Below, in pieces: positions 26,290-39,136 of a stretch of DNA of 64,000 bases (the stretch's first letter is position 1; each line of letters starts with the position of its first letter). Location: assembly GCA_043228905.1 (NCBI GenBank), contig JBHGNT010000006.1, positions 6,882,001 to 6,946,000 on the forward strand, read 5' to 3'. Source of the stretch: Azolla caroliniana. Lineage: Eukaryota; Plantae; Polypodiophyta. The position numbers and the translations under genes are program-made. Under the pieces are notes generated by a model. That model saw nothing but the letters and a program-made list of their open reading frames with translations. It was not told where the DNA came from and did not search any database.

Positions 26290-28600
26290 GTCTTTCATTG
26301 AGAAGGTTCGGTTGAGAGCCTTCTTCAGCATCCGTATTTTGGCTTGGTCCCGTCCGATGATCAACATGTCGTCCTCGTACAAAAGGAGTATCAGGAAGTA
26401 GTCTCCTTCGAACTTCTTCACAAACACGCAGTGATCGGTTTGTGTTTTGTGATACCCTTGGTCGGTCATGAAGGAGTTGAACTTCCGGTACCATTGTCGG
26501 GGAGCCTGCTTCAGTCCGTACAGGCTCTCTTTCAATCAGCAAACCAGGTGCTGCTTCCCTTTCTACACGAATCCTCCCGGTTGCTGCATGTAGATATCCT
26601 CTTCGAGGTCACTGTGAAGAAATGTCGTCTTCACATCTAGCTGCTCTACCTCTAGATCCATGCTTGCCGCTATGCTGAGCACTGTCCGGATGGAAGTCAT
26701 CTTTACTACCGGGGCAAATATCTCGTCAAATTCCACGCCCTTCTTCTGCTGAAACCCCTTCACCACGATCCTGGATTTGTATCTCGGGGATTTGCCGACA
26801 TCTACCGGTTTCAACTTGTACACCCACTTGTTTCGGAGTGCCCGCTTTCCTTTCGGCAACTCCACCAACTCGTACATATCGTTCTCATGCAGGGAATCCA
26901 TCTCATCCTGCATGGCACTTAACCATTTGTGGTTATGGCCGTCACTTTTATCTTCCTCGAAGCTATTCGGCTCCCCCTCATCGGTCAGCAGCACATGCTC
27001 TGCATCTGGAAATCTCCGGGGGGGCCTTCTCTCTCTGAGAGGATATCTTCGTCCTTCGGCTTCGGTAACCGGCTCCTCCATTTGTTCTTCATCCGAATCT
27101 GATTCGGGGTCTTGCCCAGTTCCACTTTCAACTTCCTCTACTTCTTCTTCTGTCGGTTCGGTGTCCACACCGTAACCGGCTGGTTCCTCGAGTGTCAACC
27201 GACTCTTAGCTGGGTGGGTCCGAATCTCATCGAAGTTCATTATCTTCTTCTCTGACTCCCAGTCGGCAAGACTCTTGTCCTCCATGACGATAATATCTCG
27301 GCTCCGGAATACTTTCTGGTCGACCGGGTCCCACACTCGGTAGCCGAACTCATCATCGTCGTATCCGAGGAATATGCATGGCTGGGTTTTGGATCCAACT
27401 TTCCTCTCCGGTCCTTAGCTACATGCACATACGTGAGACACTCGAACACCTTCAAATGCCGGTAGGACACTTCCTTACCGGTCCACACCTTTTGCGGGTG
27501 TCTCCATCCAAGGGCACTGAGGGTGATCTGTTTATCACATATGTTGTTGTCAACAGTGCCTTAGCCCAAAACGTATTCGCTAGTTTAGCATGTGCTAGCA
27601 TACTCCGGACCCTCTCCATTACGGTCTGGTTCATCCTCTCAGCCAGCCCGTTTAGTTCTGGCGTCTTCGGCACAGTAAATTCGAGCCGGATTCCCATCAA
27701 GTGACAATACTCCTCGAATTGCCCCCGGTATTCACCTCCGTTATCTGCTCGAACCGCCTTCAGCTTCCAGTCGGTTTCTCTTTCCACTCTTGCGTGGAGC
27801 TACTTGAAGAGGGATAGCACCTGATCCTTCGTCTTCAATGGTGTGGCCCACAGCTTCCGGCTATGGTCGTCTATGAACGTCACAAAGTACTACGATCCGG
27901 CATGTGACTTCGTGTCCACTTGACACACATCAGTATGCACCAACTCTAGTGGTGCATTACGTCTCATCCGTGGCCTTGATCGGAAGGAGGTCCGGTTCTG
28001 TTTACCGGCCATACAATCAGTGCACTTCTCCAAGTGCACGTTCTTCACTAAAATGAGGTTGTTGTCTGCAAGCCTCTTCATCCCCTTCTCGCTCATGTGA
28101 CACAACCTCTTATGCCACAACTCACTGGTAGTGTCAGATGCCACATTCACTTCCTCCAGACATAACCGAGCATTCATCAAGGACAGGGTGTTGACCTTCC
28201 GGGCCTAAGCCACTATCAGGCTCCCTTTTCTGAATTTCATGGCTCCATTCCGGATGCTATCTGTGTAGCCTTCATCATCTAGCCGACCGGCTGATATCAG
28301 GTTCAGTCGAACCTCCGGAATGTGTCGGCCATCCTTCAGCAACAGCTTGCATCTGGTTGGTGTTGTCAACCACACGTCTCCTATGCGGACCATTCGACAT
28401 GTACCTTCATTCCCCATCCGGACACAACCGTGATCATTGGTTGTGTAGGATGAGAAGTATTTACGGTCCGGGGTAAGGTGGAACGACGCTCTGGAATCAA
28501 CAACCCACGTTGTCTCGTCGCCGGCAATGTTCAACTCACTCTCCTCGGTGATGAGCATCAACTCTTCTTTACTTGCCGCGATTGCCGTCGTTCCCTTGCC
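26290..28600 (-). mobile_element. Degenerate copia pol (PR-IN-RT) fragment
   Basis: Broken ORFs with LWHKRLCHMSE, DNGGEY and FAPVVKMTSIR. The RT motif is mutated to YEDD. Confidence 0.88.
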
Positions 28601-30139
28601 GTCGTTCCCTTCCGGCCAAGCAGCAACAGCGATGGCGGGGTAGGGCGGGCAGGAGGTCAACTGGTGGGGAAGAGCGTGGTGGGGAGGGGAGAGAAGGAGA
28701 AGCTAATGGCCAAGCTATGGCTTAGCAGCGAAGCCATGGAACTTTCCTTCCTGAAAAGATCACGTGTTAAAATTTTGACTGTGTGGTCATCCTTCATCAT
28801 CATGAATCTTATACATATAAAAATGAGTTTTGCCTTCTGTTCTAGAAGACCATATGTTTTATATCTCTATCTTTGGCATTACATTTTGGTCTCTAAAGAA
28901 ATTTATTAATTGTTTAAAAGCTCAAATATGAAACACATTCATAATTCGACACAATACCGTAGATTTGCTATATTATAATTAAAACACATGTAAATTAAAT
29001 AACAAAAAAACCCACATAATCTTACAAAAAGATGATGTACATACCTAAGCGACAAAAAAAAATTACTCCATTAATTGACATAATATTATAAAAATATAAT
29101 ATCTCTACATACAGTTTAAGATCTATGTTTATTGAGCATCATTGCATTGTTGTCAATGATCCAATTCTTCTAATCCAATAGCTTTCTAATATTCAAATCT
29201 TTCTCTGCACATTGACTCATTGACCTTTCAAAAGTGATCTCATTTGGCGTACTTAGGGCCACAAACACCAACAAACTTAATTTTCTAAGAGAGAGTTGGT
29301 TGAAAAATCATATTCATCTATGGTGACGTTCTCTCATGTGCAAATTGATGGTAGGCAAATTTGTAAGACACAAAATTTTATGACAGAATAGCAAAATCCA
29401 TGTGATACAAAGTAGTAGCTTTGTTTTAAATGCAAACAAGATCACTTGGTGTTCATAATTTCTTTCCTAACTCCTATTATATGTACCTTTTGCCCTCACA
29501 AATGCACATACCCACCACACATTGAAATACACTCACACACACACACGATTACCCATCAACACATGCACAATCATGAATGTGCTTAGGAGTCGATACTTGT
29601 TTGGTTGAGCTTGAATCGAGACATTTAACTGTTGTGAAACAATTTTTCGTTTGGTTTGTAGTCCATGCCTTAGCTTCCTTAACCTATCTGAGCTCAGTTG
29701 GTTAGGCTTGAGTTGTGCTTAACCAACTCAAATCAATTAAGTTGGTTAAATCATGTATATATTTTTCAACAAATAAAGAGAGAAAGAGAGAGACTAAGGA
29801 AAGAAAGGTACCATTGAGAAAGATAGAAAAAGATAGAAAGAAAGATACTAGAGATAACAAGAGTGAATTGACTAGTGTAAATCAAAGACAAGGAAGGTTA
29901 GAGACAAGAGGTAAGAAGAAAAATGCTCGAGGGACACAAAATCACGAGGTTTGACATGGATGAACTAAACTTTGTCGTGATGTGGCATGCCGAAGGTGGG
30001 AAACATGGGTAAAAAATGGATAAGAGATGGAGTGAAGGCATAGGAGAAAAAGTAAGAGAGAGGAGAGATGCAAAGAATTAAATGCAAACGTATGAAAAAG
30101 AAAAGAGAGAGAAGGAGATAGATTGCGGATATATAGTTA

Positions 30140-30449
30140 TGTAATTTATTATAATAAGGAAAGTAAATGGCCTAGTGGTTAGGGTTATGTTATGGAGTAG
30201 TTAGAATTAGAGAAATTAATGGTCAAGTAGCTAGAGAAATTGGTGATGAAGTAGTTGAGACCATGGGTAATTAAGTAGGTTGTGTGAATAGAGAAGAGGA
30301 GGCTAGTTTTTGGGAAATTAGGGGGGATGCCCCCAATGTAATACTTTCTCTTTAATACAAAAAATACCCTTTTCTCTTATTGGATGGAATACCCCTTTTC
30401 TAGAATTCCCTTTCTCCTTGCAGAGCTTTGTAATACTTGGTATCAGAGC
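30140..30449 (+). mobile_element. Probable LTR remnant followed by a tRNA-iMet PBS (30438-30449); repeated at ~37198 and ~46879
   Basis: Perfect tggtatcagagc after an AT-rich promoter-like stretch. LTR termini are not resolved. Confidence 0.4.
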
Positions 30450-30726
30450 AGGTTCTACGCATCACCGAGAAGGTGTAGAAGCATGGAAAGATCTAGCAAC
30501 CAGGAGAGAAGCAAACAATACTCAAATCGTGGCAACCAAGAGTGGAAGTGGTGGTTAGAAATCGAAAGTGGAAGGCTACAGTAGTGGCTGATTTTTTTCT
30601 TTTGCAACAACTAAGGTGAACATCCTATCATAGCCACAAGAATACAACTAATCAGATAAGAAGAGTCAACCGACAACATACCTACTCGACCGGCCACACC
30701 CATAGGTAAGAAATTTCTGAAAATAT

Positions 30727-32375
30727 CTCTGACTCCCAGTCGGCAAGAGTCTTGTCCTCCATGACGATAATATCTCGGCTCCGGAATACTTTCTGGTCGA
30801 CCGGGTCCCACACTCGGTAGCCGAACTCATCATCGTCGTATCCGAGGAATATGCATGGCTGGGTTTTGGATCCAACTTTCCTCTCCGGTCCTTAGCTACA
30901 TGCACGTACGTGAGACACTCGAACACCTTCAAATGCCGGTAGGACACTTCCTTACCGGTCCACACCTTTTGCCGGTGTCTCCATCCAAGGGCACTGAGGG
31001 TGATCTGTTTATCACATATGTTGTTGTCAACAATGCCTCAGCCCAAAACGTATTCGGTAGTTTAGCATGTGCTAGCATACTCTGGACCCTCTCCATTACG
31101 GTCTGGTTCATCCTCTCAGACAGCCTGTTTAGTTCTGGCGTCTTCGGCACAGTAAATTCGAGCCGGATTCCCATTGAGTGACAATACTCCTCGAATTGCC
31201 CCCCGTATTCACCTCCGTTATCTGCTCGAACCGCCTTCAGCTTCCAGTCGGTTTCTCTTTCCACCCTTGCGTGGAGCTCCTTGAAGAGGGATAACACTTG
31301 ATCCTTCGTCTTCAACGGTGTGGCCCACAGCTTCCGGCTATGGTCGTCTATGAACGTCACAAAGTACTACGATCCGGCATGTGACTTCGTGTCCACTTGA
31401 CACACATTAGTATGCACCAACTCTAGTGGTGCATTACGTCTCATCGGTGGCCTTGATCGGAAGGAGGTCCGGTTCTGTTTACCGGCCAGACAATCAGTGC
31501 ACTTCTCCAAGTGCACATTCTTCACTAGAATGAGGTTGTCGTCTAAGAGCCTCTTCATCCCCTTCTCGCTCATGTGACACAACCTCTTATGCCACAACTC
31601 ACCGGCAGTCTCGGATGCCACGTTCACTTCCTCCGGACATAACCGAGCATTCATCAGGTATAGGGTGTTGACCTTTCGGGCCCGAGCCACTATCAGGCTC
31701 CCTTTGCTGAATTTCATGGCTCCGTTCCGGATGCTACCTATGTAGTCTTCATCATCTAGCCGATCGGCTGATATTAGGTTCAGTCGAACCTCCGGAACGT
31801 GTCAGACATCCTTCAGCAACAGCTTGCATCCGGTTGGTGTTGTCAACCGCACGTCTCCTATGTTGACAATTCGGCATGTACCTTCATTCCCCATCCGGAC
31901 ACAACCTTGATCACCGGTTGTGTAGGATGAGAAGTATTTACGGTCCGGGGTAAGGTGGAACGACGCTCTGGAATCAACAACCCACGTTGTCTCGTCGCCG
32001 GCAATGTTCAACTCACTCTCCTCGGTGATGATCATCAACTCTCCTTTACTTGCCGCGATTGCCGTCGTTCCCTTGCGGTCTTTACCGTTCCGGTCCGGTG
32101 ACCGCTTCAAATCGGTACCGTCGGTTTCCTTGTCTTCTCGGAAGTGCCAATAGTTCTTCTGGAAGTGTCCCGGATTGCCGCAATAGAAGCAGGTAGGCTT
32201 CCCCCTTGACTTTGACCGTATCCCGGACTTCTCCCGGTTCTGGGGGCTACGGTTCCTTTGTCTTCTGTGTTCCGATTCGGTAATGAGCGCTTTGGAGTCG
32301 GAGTTAATATCCTTGTCTTTGTAATGGTCGTCCTCATCTAGCATGCTTGACTTCATTCTTGCTAGGGATAACCGT
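30727..32375 (-). mobile_element. Degenerate copia gag(C-term)-PR-IN fragment (duplicated at ~37487-39136 and partly ~47168-47918)
   Basis: ORFs at 30929, 31367 and 31802 carry IN and PR motifs. Confidence 0.88.
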
Positions 32376-33026
32376 TGTCATGAAGAATTTCGGCCAGAGG
32401 CGAAAACCGGGAAACATTGGCTACATCCGCGGGGTGCGGCATGTGTGTTCACCCTTGTACATTTAGTGTGAATAATGAGGGCGCCTTTATGGCACCGAAG
32501 AGTAGTCAAGTCGGGACAGACGATCCCATGTAAGTGGGGATTTATCCCACATTGTAACGCATCCCTCTCCTTGTTCTATAAAAGGAAGGTAGCACCCTTT
32601 GTGAAAGGGTTGCCCATTTTTCGTTAGAGGGTATACCGTTAGATTTAGGGTTAGTTACATTTCTTCTTCTTCTTCTTCTTCTTCTTCTCCTCCCCCTTCG
32701 TGCTTGCTTAGGGTTTGCTTTAGCTCGTCTCCTGCGCAAGACCCCGCTCGGGGCGACAAGCCCGTGAGCTCCCTGACCGGCGGCTTGGCAGCCGATGACT
32801 ACTATAACCTACCTTGGTCCGGCTCGAAGCCGGGAATGTATTCTTCCTTTTATATATATACATTTGCGTCTGTCTGTGTATATTCGTGTCTCTGTTGGTA
32901 TCGGGTGCTTCCCCTTTCCTATGTTTCCTGTACATAGTGTGTGTGAGTCGGCGTCATGGGCGCGCTCCCTCTCTTTCTCTCTCTCTCCCTTCGGTTGCTT
33001 CTGGTGTGCTTCTGTGCTTCTGGTGT
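32376..33026 (+). mobile_element. Truncated 5' LTR of the Trp-primed element (duplicate of the 39137 insertion)
   Basis: Same junction gggataaccgt|tgtcatgaag as 39137. A deletion joins it to a copia LTR remnant (33027-33285). Confidence 0.88.
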
Positions 33027-33999
33027 GCTCTCTGGAACATATTTACATATATGTCCCTTCCATCCGATGAGAGGTTCTCACCGGACCTGCAACATCCGGT
33101 TCTCAGTGGGTCTTCCTTACCGAGTACTCCACATCCGGTTGTCACTGGGTCTTCCGTTGCCGGGTACTCCATATCCGGCTCTCACCGGGTCTTCCATTGC
33201 CGGGTACTCCACATCCGGATTCAGCAGTGTTGCTCATCAACACTGTTCTTCTCACTTCCCATCCGGAGGGACCTGTTTCCTAACCATTATGTGCAATGAT
33301 ATTCAAGTGGCATTGGGACAATTTATGGCTTCATGGTCCCCCTCTAGCAATCGGATTTGGTTTGGTTATTTTTCTCCTTTAAAAGTTATTTTAGGAGCTA
33401 AAGTAATTAACATTATGGGTGATGTAATATACTTTAATGCGGATGATGATGGTAGGCTATGACATGCATTTTTTGAATCAGATGTGTGGATGTCCGCCAA
33501 TGTTTCAGCGATTCGAGTAGTTGCAAGATCTGGAAAAAAATGGTTTTTGGATCTACCCTTTCAAGAATGCTTATGGTGTTGTTCATTGTGGGTTTTTCAA
33601 AAAAGGTTGCTTTATAATTTGGATTACGACTTCTAGTATAAAGTGGAATTATGCCATACCTTATTTTTTATTGCATAGCTTGTAGATTGTGCTCCATTTG
33701 TTCCTTATATGATATCATTTGTTTGATCAGATGTTGGTATTAGCTTTTGTATTACAATAGAGGTGAGATGAAATGTCTCCTTCTGTTGTCTATATGTACA
33801 TTTCTCAAGTAATATACTAAGGTGTATCTTTCATAAAATAAATAAATAAATCTTATCTTCTTTCTTCAATATCTTTGTCTTTATGTTGCAAAATTATGAC
33901 ACCCTTACCTTTACCTACATTTGCCTCCTTAATTTTCAGCACCTCATTATCATTCAATCCATACTCGGGCATTAACATGGCACCATGGGAAGTATTAGT
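33027..33999. repeat. Duplicated block (copia LTR end plus AT-rich flank), second copy ~44532-45506
   Basis: Near-identical sequence. ORFs 32956/44572 and 33853/45358 share their C-termini. Confidence 0.9.
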
Positions 34000-34800
34000 T
34001 ACATCCACTACCTGTGTTTGTTGACATTCCGCCATGAAATGGCCCAAACCATCACATAAAAAACAATGACCGGCAAATGATCCCTAATGCAATTGGTAAC
34101 AGAATGACATCATCTCCTCTGTGTTTAAGTTTAGCTACAAATGTCTCGTTTTAGTTGTATTCCATAACATACATAACCTATGTCTATTATATGCTTTGGC
34201 ATTTGGGGCTACTATCACCTTTCTCGATCATTTCATTATGCACTTAATTAAAGGCCACAAAAAGGAAAATTTACACTTTATCTCCACCCATATTGGACTC
34301 TCTTGTTTCAAAATTTCTTGAAACTTGGCCAAGGGTCTCTAAGGGACAATATAGACTAAATTATTATTATTGTAAAAGACCAACAAACATGATCATAATC
34401 TATCTCATTGTTCTTCGGTTCAAAAAATGACCTCAAAATACCAACATGAGCCTTTATACACATCTTCCACACTATTCATACCTACTGTTGCATTTAGCCA
34501 TTGCGCCACCCAATTTACCAAAGGATTTTTCCTTGTAAAGAAGCAAATAATATCTTGCTCATGAAACATGGAAAATGCCTTAAATTTTTCTCTACGTCAC
34601 ATTTCCACCACTACAATCTCATCCTCTTCTACATTGGCCACCATATCTATATTGTCCGGTAAAATCTCATGGGGTGCTTCACTAGCATCTACATTCATTA
34701 CTTCCCATATATTGACCATTCCTCTCCTCCTCACCTTCTCCCATAACATATGTGTTAAACCATCACTTTTGTTCTTAATACGACTCCATTCATATTAAAC
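33850..34800 (-). mobile_element. Highly decayed retrotransposon gag remnant
   Basis: The minus strand at ~34023-34070 reads GHCFLCDGLGHFMAEC (CCHC zinc knuckle). The surrounding frames are broken. Confidence 0.5.
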
Positions 34801-35785
34801 TCATGGTTAGCCGTTAGTAGCGTGTTAGTCTTTGTTTTATGCACGAATCATTTTCTTGCATGTCGCACGTCTCGTGCACTCATGAGCTAAAGTTGACGGG
34901 GGAGAGGTTGATGAGAAAGGTCGACGAGGGTCAACAAGGGTCAACGAAGTCCCTAAGGTTGACAAGCCCCTTAGATCGACCAACCCTAAGGTCCGTGAGC
35001 ACTTCAAATGACTAGAGACCATTCAACGAGCTTGTTCGAGATGTTTTTGGCAAGTGTGAGGCCTCAACATTCTCCATCCGGTTGTCTCCCTAGTCCAAGA
35101 CCCCCTGTGGTCCTACTCGAGTAGCACACCACCCGCGTCATCACAATAATGTTGTGTTTCTGGTTGCTCTCTCTCTCTCGCTTACTTTTCATGCACACTT
35201 CACTCCATTCCTTATCCAATTTCACTCGCGTTTGCCACCTTCAACACGCCATATCACGACAATGTCACTAGGTAAGACATCATGGAACCATCGCACCAAT
35301 CCTCACACTCGGATGATTCCACAATCATCACACAATAGCTTCATCCATTATGCAGCCATCAACAAGCCTCCACAATCACCACATAGTAACTTCATCCATT
35401 GTGCAAAATTAAAAAGCCCTAGGATGTCATTTTTCTAAAAGGGAGATATTGAGACCAAACCAGAAATATAGTTCGATCCTAAGTTGAACCAACAAGAACC
35501 AAGAAACAATAACAACAAACTAGGGATCAAATCAAGAAGTAGTTAAGTTTTTATGGACATTATAAATCAACAAGCTTGCCGAATGGCAAGGCAGATCTAA
35601 TTCTTATATCGCTCTAATTGTGTACATCATAAAATGTGATATATTGTTGTGTGAAAGCACACAAACTTTTTATTTATATAAGAATAGACCTAATGTAACG
35701 TAGGCTTTATTTATGGCTCCATAACTTATTTATAATAAATCCTTAGGGTTGTATTCATAGATTGATTGCACATTCACTTAAATAG

Positions 35786-36331
35786 TTATGAAATGTGGTG
35801 CTCATTATCAAGCACACTATTCAAAATCGTGTGTATGAATCCACTCTCATTGACTACATGGATCGGGTAGGTAGGCCCGACATCACGATAGGTGGCAATA
35901 ATTGGGAGGTGATCATTCTGGAACAAAATAGTTTTGGAAGGGTTGTCCACCACCCACCTTGGGAAGAAAATGACAGTTTGCATAGATCTCCTATCCAAGT
36001 CCACCACTTGGCACACACAAGTCCCCGTAGGCTCCGTCCAATTAACCATAAACATTTCCGACAATGCCGATAACCGTCGCATGTGCATAATCTGGTTGTG
36101 GACACATCTCCCAGCCACCATACCCTTTAGCACCTTATAATCCACAGTGCTCTTGTTCTTGTAATACACCTCATACTCCCATCCATTGTCATACATATAG
36201 ATGAGGCGCTTCCCAACCAAAGGCGCGAGTGTGGACTCCACGGATGCCTCATCATCTTGATCCATCTCAGAGGATATGATAACATTAGCATTTAGAAACA
36301 TTTTGGAGTGATTAACATTAAGATCATCCAT
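35786..36331 (-). CDS. PAD: Phenolic acid decarboxylase (bacterial PadC/PAD family), intronless, 181 aa from the first ATG
   Basis: Motifs IYMYDNGWEYEVYYKN, DY..L.GMVAGR, WTEPTGT, IFFPRWV, FQNDH, TYP and DNE match PadC. The catalytic Tyr-x-Tyr, Arg and Glu are intact. TATA-like CTATATAA on minus at ~36408-36415. Confidence 0.93.
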   Translation of the reverse strand: MDDLNVNHSKMFLNANVIISSEMDQDDEASVESTLAPLVGKRLIYMYDNGWEYEVYYKNKSTVDYKVLKGMVAGRCVHNQIMHMRRLSALSEMFMVNWTEPTGTCVCQVVDLDRRSMQTVIFFPRWVVDNPSKTILFQNDHLPIIATYRDVGPTYPIHVVNESGFIHTILNSVLDNEHHIS

Positions 36332-39136
36332 GTTAGTTTGAAAATACCTTAAGAGCACAATAGTATAATAAATATAGAGTAGAGAACATCAAAGTGCTAA
36401 ATGGTGATTATATAGTAGCAATTTGGAGTCACATGAGCTAATATTATGAAATACATTATTAAAAAGCAAAAAGTGGCAAAATAGCAAAATCCATGTGATA
36501 CAAAGTAGTAGCTTTGTTTTAAATGCAAACAAGATCACTTGGTGTTCATAATTTCTTTCCTAACTCCTATTATATGTACCTTTTGCCCTCACAAATGCAC
36601 ATACCCACCACACATTGAAATAGTGAATTGACTAGTGTAAATCAAAGACAAGGAAGGTTAGAGACAAGAGGTGAGAAGAAAAATGCTCGAGGGACACAAA
36701 ATCACGAGGTTTGACATGGATGAACTAAACTTTGTCGTGATGTGGCATGCCGAAGGTGGGAAACATGGGTAAAAAATGGATAAGAGATGGAGTGAAGGCA
36801 TAGGAGAAAAAGTAAGAGAGAGGAGAGATGCAAAGAATTAAATGCAAACGTATGAAAAAGAAAAGAGAGAGAAGGAGATAGATTGCGGATATATAGTTAT
36901 GTAATTTATTATAATAAGGAAAGTAAATGGCCTAGTGGTTAGGGTTATGTTATGGAGTAGTTAGAATTAGAGAAATTAGTGGTCAAGTAGCTAGAGAAAT
37001 TGGTGATGAAGTAGTTGAGACCATGGGTAATTAAGTAGGTTGTGTGAATAGAGAAGAGGAGGCTAGTTTTTGGGAAACTAGGGGGGATGCCCCCAATGTA
37101 ATACTTTCTCTTTAATACAAAAAATACCCTTTTCTCTTATTGGATGGAATACCCCTTTTCTAGAATTCCCTTTCTCCTTGCAGAGCTTTGTAATACTTGG
37201 TATCAGAGCAGGTTCTACGCATCACCGAGAAGGTGTAGAAGCATGGAAAGATCTAGCAACCAGGAGAGAAGCAAACAATACTCAAATCGTGGCAACCAAG
37301 AGTGGAAGTGGTGGTTAGAAATCGAAAGTGGAAGGCTACAGTAGTGGCTGATTTTTTTCTTTTGCAACAACTAAGGTGAACATCCTATCATAGCCACAAG
37401 AATACAACTAATCAGATAAGAAGAGTCAACCGACAACATACCTACCTGACCGGCCACACCCATAGGTAAGAAATTTCTGAAAATATCTCTGACTCCCAGT
37501 CGGCAAGAGTCTTGTCCTCCATGACGATAATATCTCGGCTCCGGAATACTTTCTGGTCGACCGGGTCCCACACTCGGTAGCCGAACTCATCATCGTCGTA
37601 TCCGAGGAATATGCATGGCTGGGTTTTGGATCCAACTTTCCTCTCCGGTCCTTAGCTACATGCACGTACGTGAGACACTCGAACACCTTCAAATGCCGGT
37701 AGGACACTTCCTTACCGGTCCACACCTTTTGCCGGTGTCTCCATCCAAGGGCACTGAGGGTGATCTGTTTATCACATATGTTGTTGTCAACAATGCCTCA
37801 GCCCAAAACGTATTCGGTAGTTTAGCATGTGCTAGCATACTCTGGACCCTCTCCATTACGGTCTGGTTCATCCTCTCAGACAGCCTGTTTAGTTCTGGCG
37901 TCTTCGGCACAGTAAATTCGAGCCGGATTCCCATTGAGTGACAATACTCCTCGAATTGCCCCCGGGATTCACCTCCGTTATCTGCTCGAACCGCCTTCAG
38001 CTTCCAGTTGGTTTCTCTTTCCACCCTTGCGTGGAGCTCCTTGAAGAGGGATAGCACTTGATCCTTCGTCTTCAACGGTGTGGCCCACAACTTCCGGCTA
38101 TGGTCGTCTATGAACGTCACAAAGTACTACGATCCGGCATGTGACTTCGTGTCCACTTGACACACATCAGTATACACCAACTCTAGTGGTGCATTACGTC
38201 TCATCGGTGGCCTTGATCGGAAGTAGGTCCGGTTCTGTTTACCGGCCAGACAATCAGTGCACTTCTCCAAGTGCACATTCTTCACTAGAATGAGGTTGTC
38301 GTGTAAGAGCCTCTTCATCCCCTTCTCGCTCATGTGACACAACCTCTTATGCCACAACTCACCGGCAGTCTCGGATGCCACGTTCACTTCCTCCGGACAT
38401 AACCGAGCATTCATCAGGTATAGGGTGTTGACTTTCCGGGCCCGAGCCACTATCAGGCTCCCTTTGCTGAATTTCATGGCTCCGTTCCGGATGCTACCTA
38501 TGTAGTCTTCATCATCTAGCCGATCGGCTGATATTAGGTTCAGTCGAACCTCCGGAATGTGTCGGACATCCTTCAGCAACAGCTTGCATCCGGTTGGTGT
38601 TGTCAACCACACGTCTCCTATGTTGACAATTCGGCATGTACCTTCATTCCCCATCCGGACACAACCTTGATCACCGGTTGTGTAGGATGAGAAGTATTTA
38701 CGGTCCGGGGTAAGGTGGAACGACGCTCTGGAATCAACAACCCACGTTGTCTCGTCGCCAGCAATGTTCAACTCACTCTCCTTGGTGATGATCATCAACT
38801 CTTCTTTACTTGCCGCGATTGCCGTCGTTCCCTTGCGGTCTTTACCGTTCCGGTCCGGTGACCGCTTCAAATCGGTACCGTCGGTTTCCTTGTCTTTTCG
38901 GAAGTGCCAAGAGTTCTTCTGGAACTGTCCCGGCTTGCTGCAATAGAAGCAGGTAGGCTTCCCCCGTTGACTTTGACCGTATCCCGGACTTCTCCCGGTT
39001 CTGGGGGCTACGGTTCCTTTGTCTTCTGTGTTCCGATTCAGTAATGAGCGCTTTGGAGTCGGAGTTAATATCCTTGTCTTTGTAATGGTCGTCCTCATCT
39101 AGCATGCTTGACTTCATTCTTGCTAGGGATAACCGT

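Larger units (their letters stand above)
29063..33026. repeat. Segmental duplication copy 1 (other copies ~36479-39770 and ~45503-47918)
   Basis: Near-identical ORFs at 30384/37144/46825, 30666/37426/47107 and 29715/46156. Confidence 0.92.

Noticed and set aside
29718-29750. Hairpin ttaaccaact...agttggttaa as a terminator or MITE
   Set aside because: Short and AT-rich, with no definable element ends or TSD.
30438-30449. Endogenous caulimovirid origin (TGGTATCAGAGC)
   Set aside because: No movement or coat protein ORFs nearby, and the same PBS is used by LTR retrotransposons.
35786-36358. Bacterial contamination as the source of PAD, and the GTG start at 36358 given in the ORF track
   Set aside because: The gene is contiguous with plant repeats and has no operon context. 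The first ATG at 36331 is the likely eukaryotic start.
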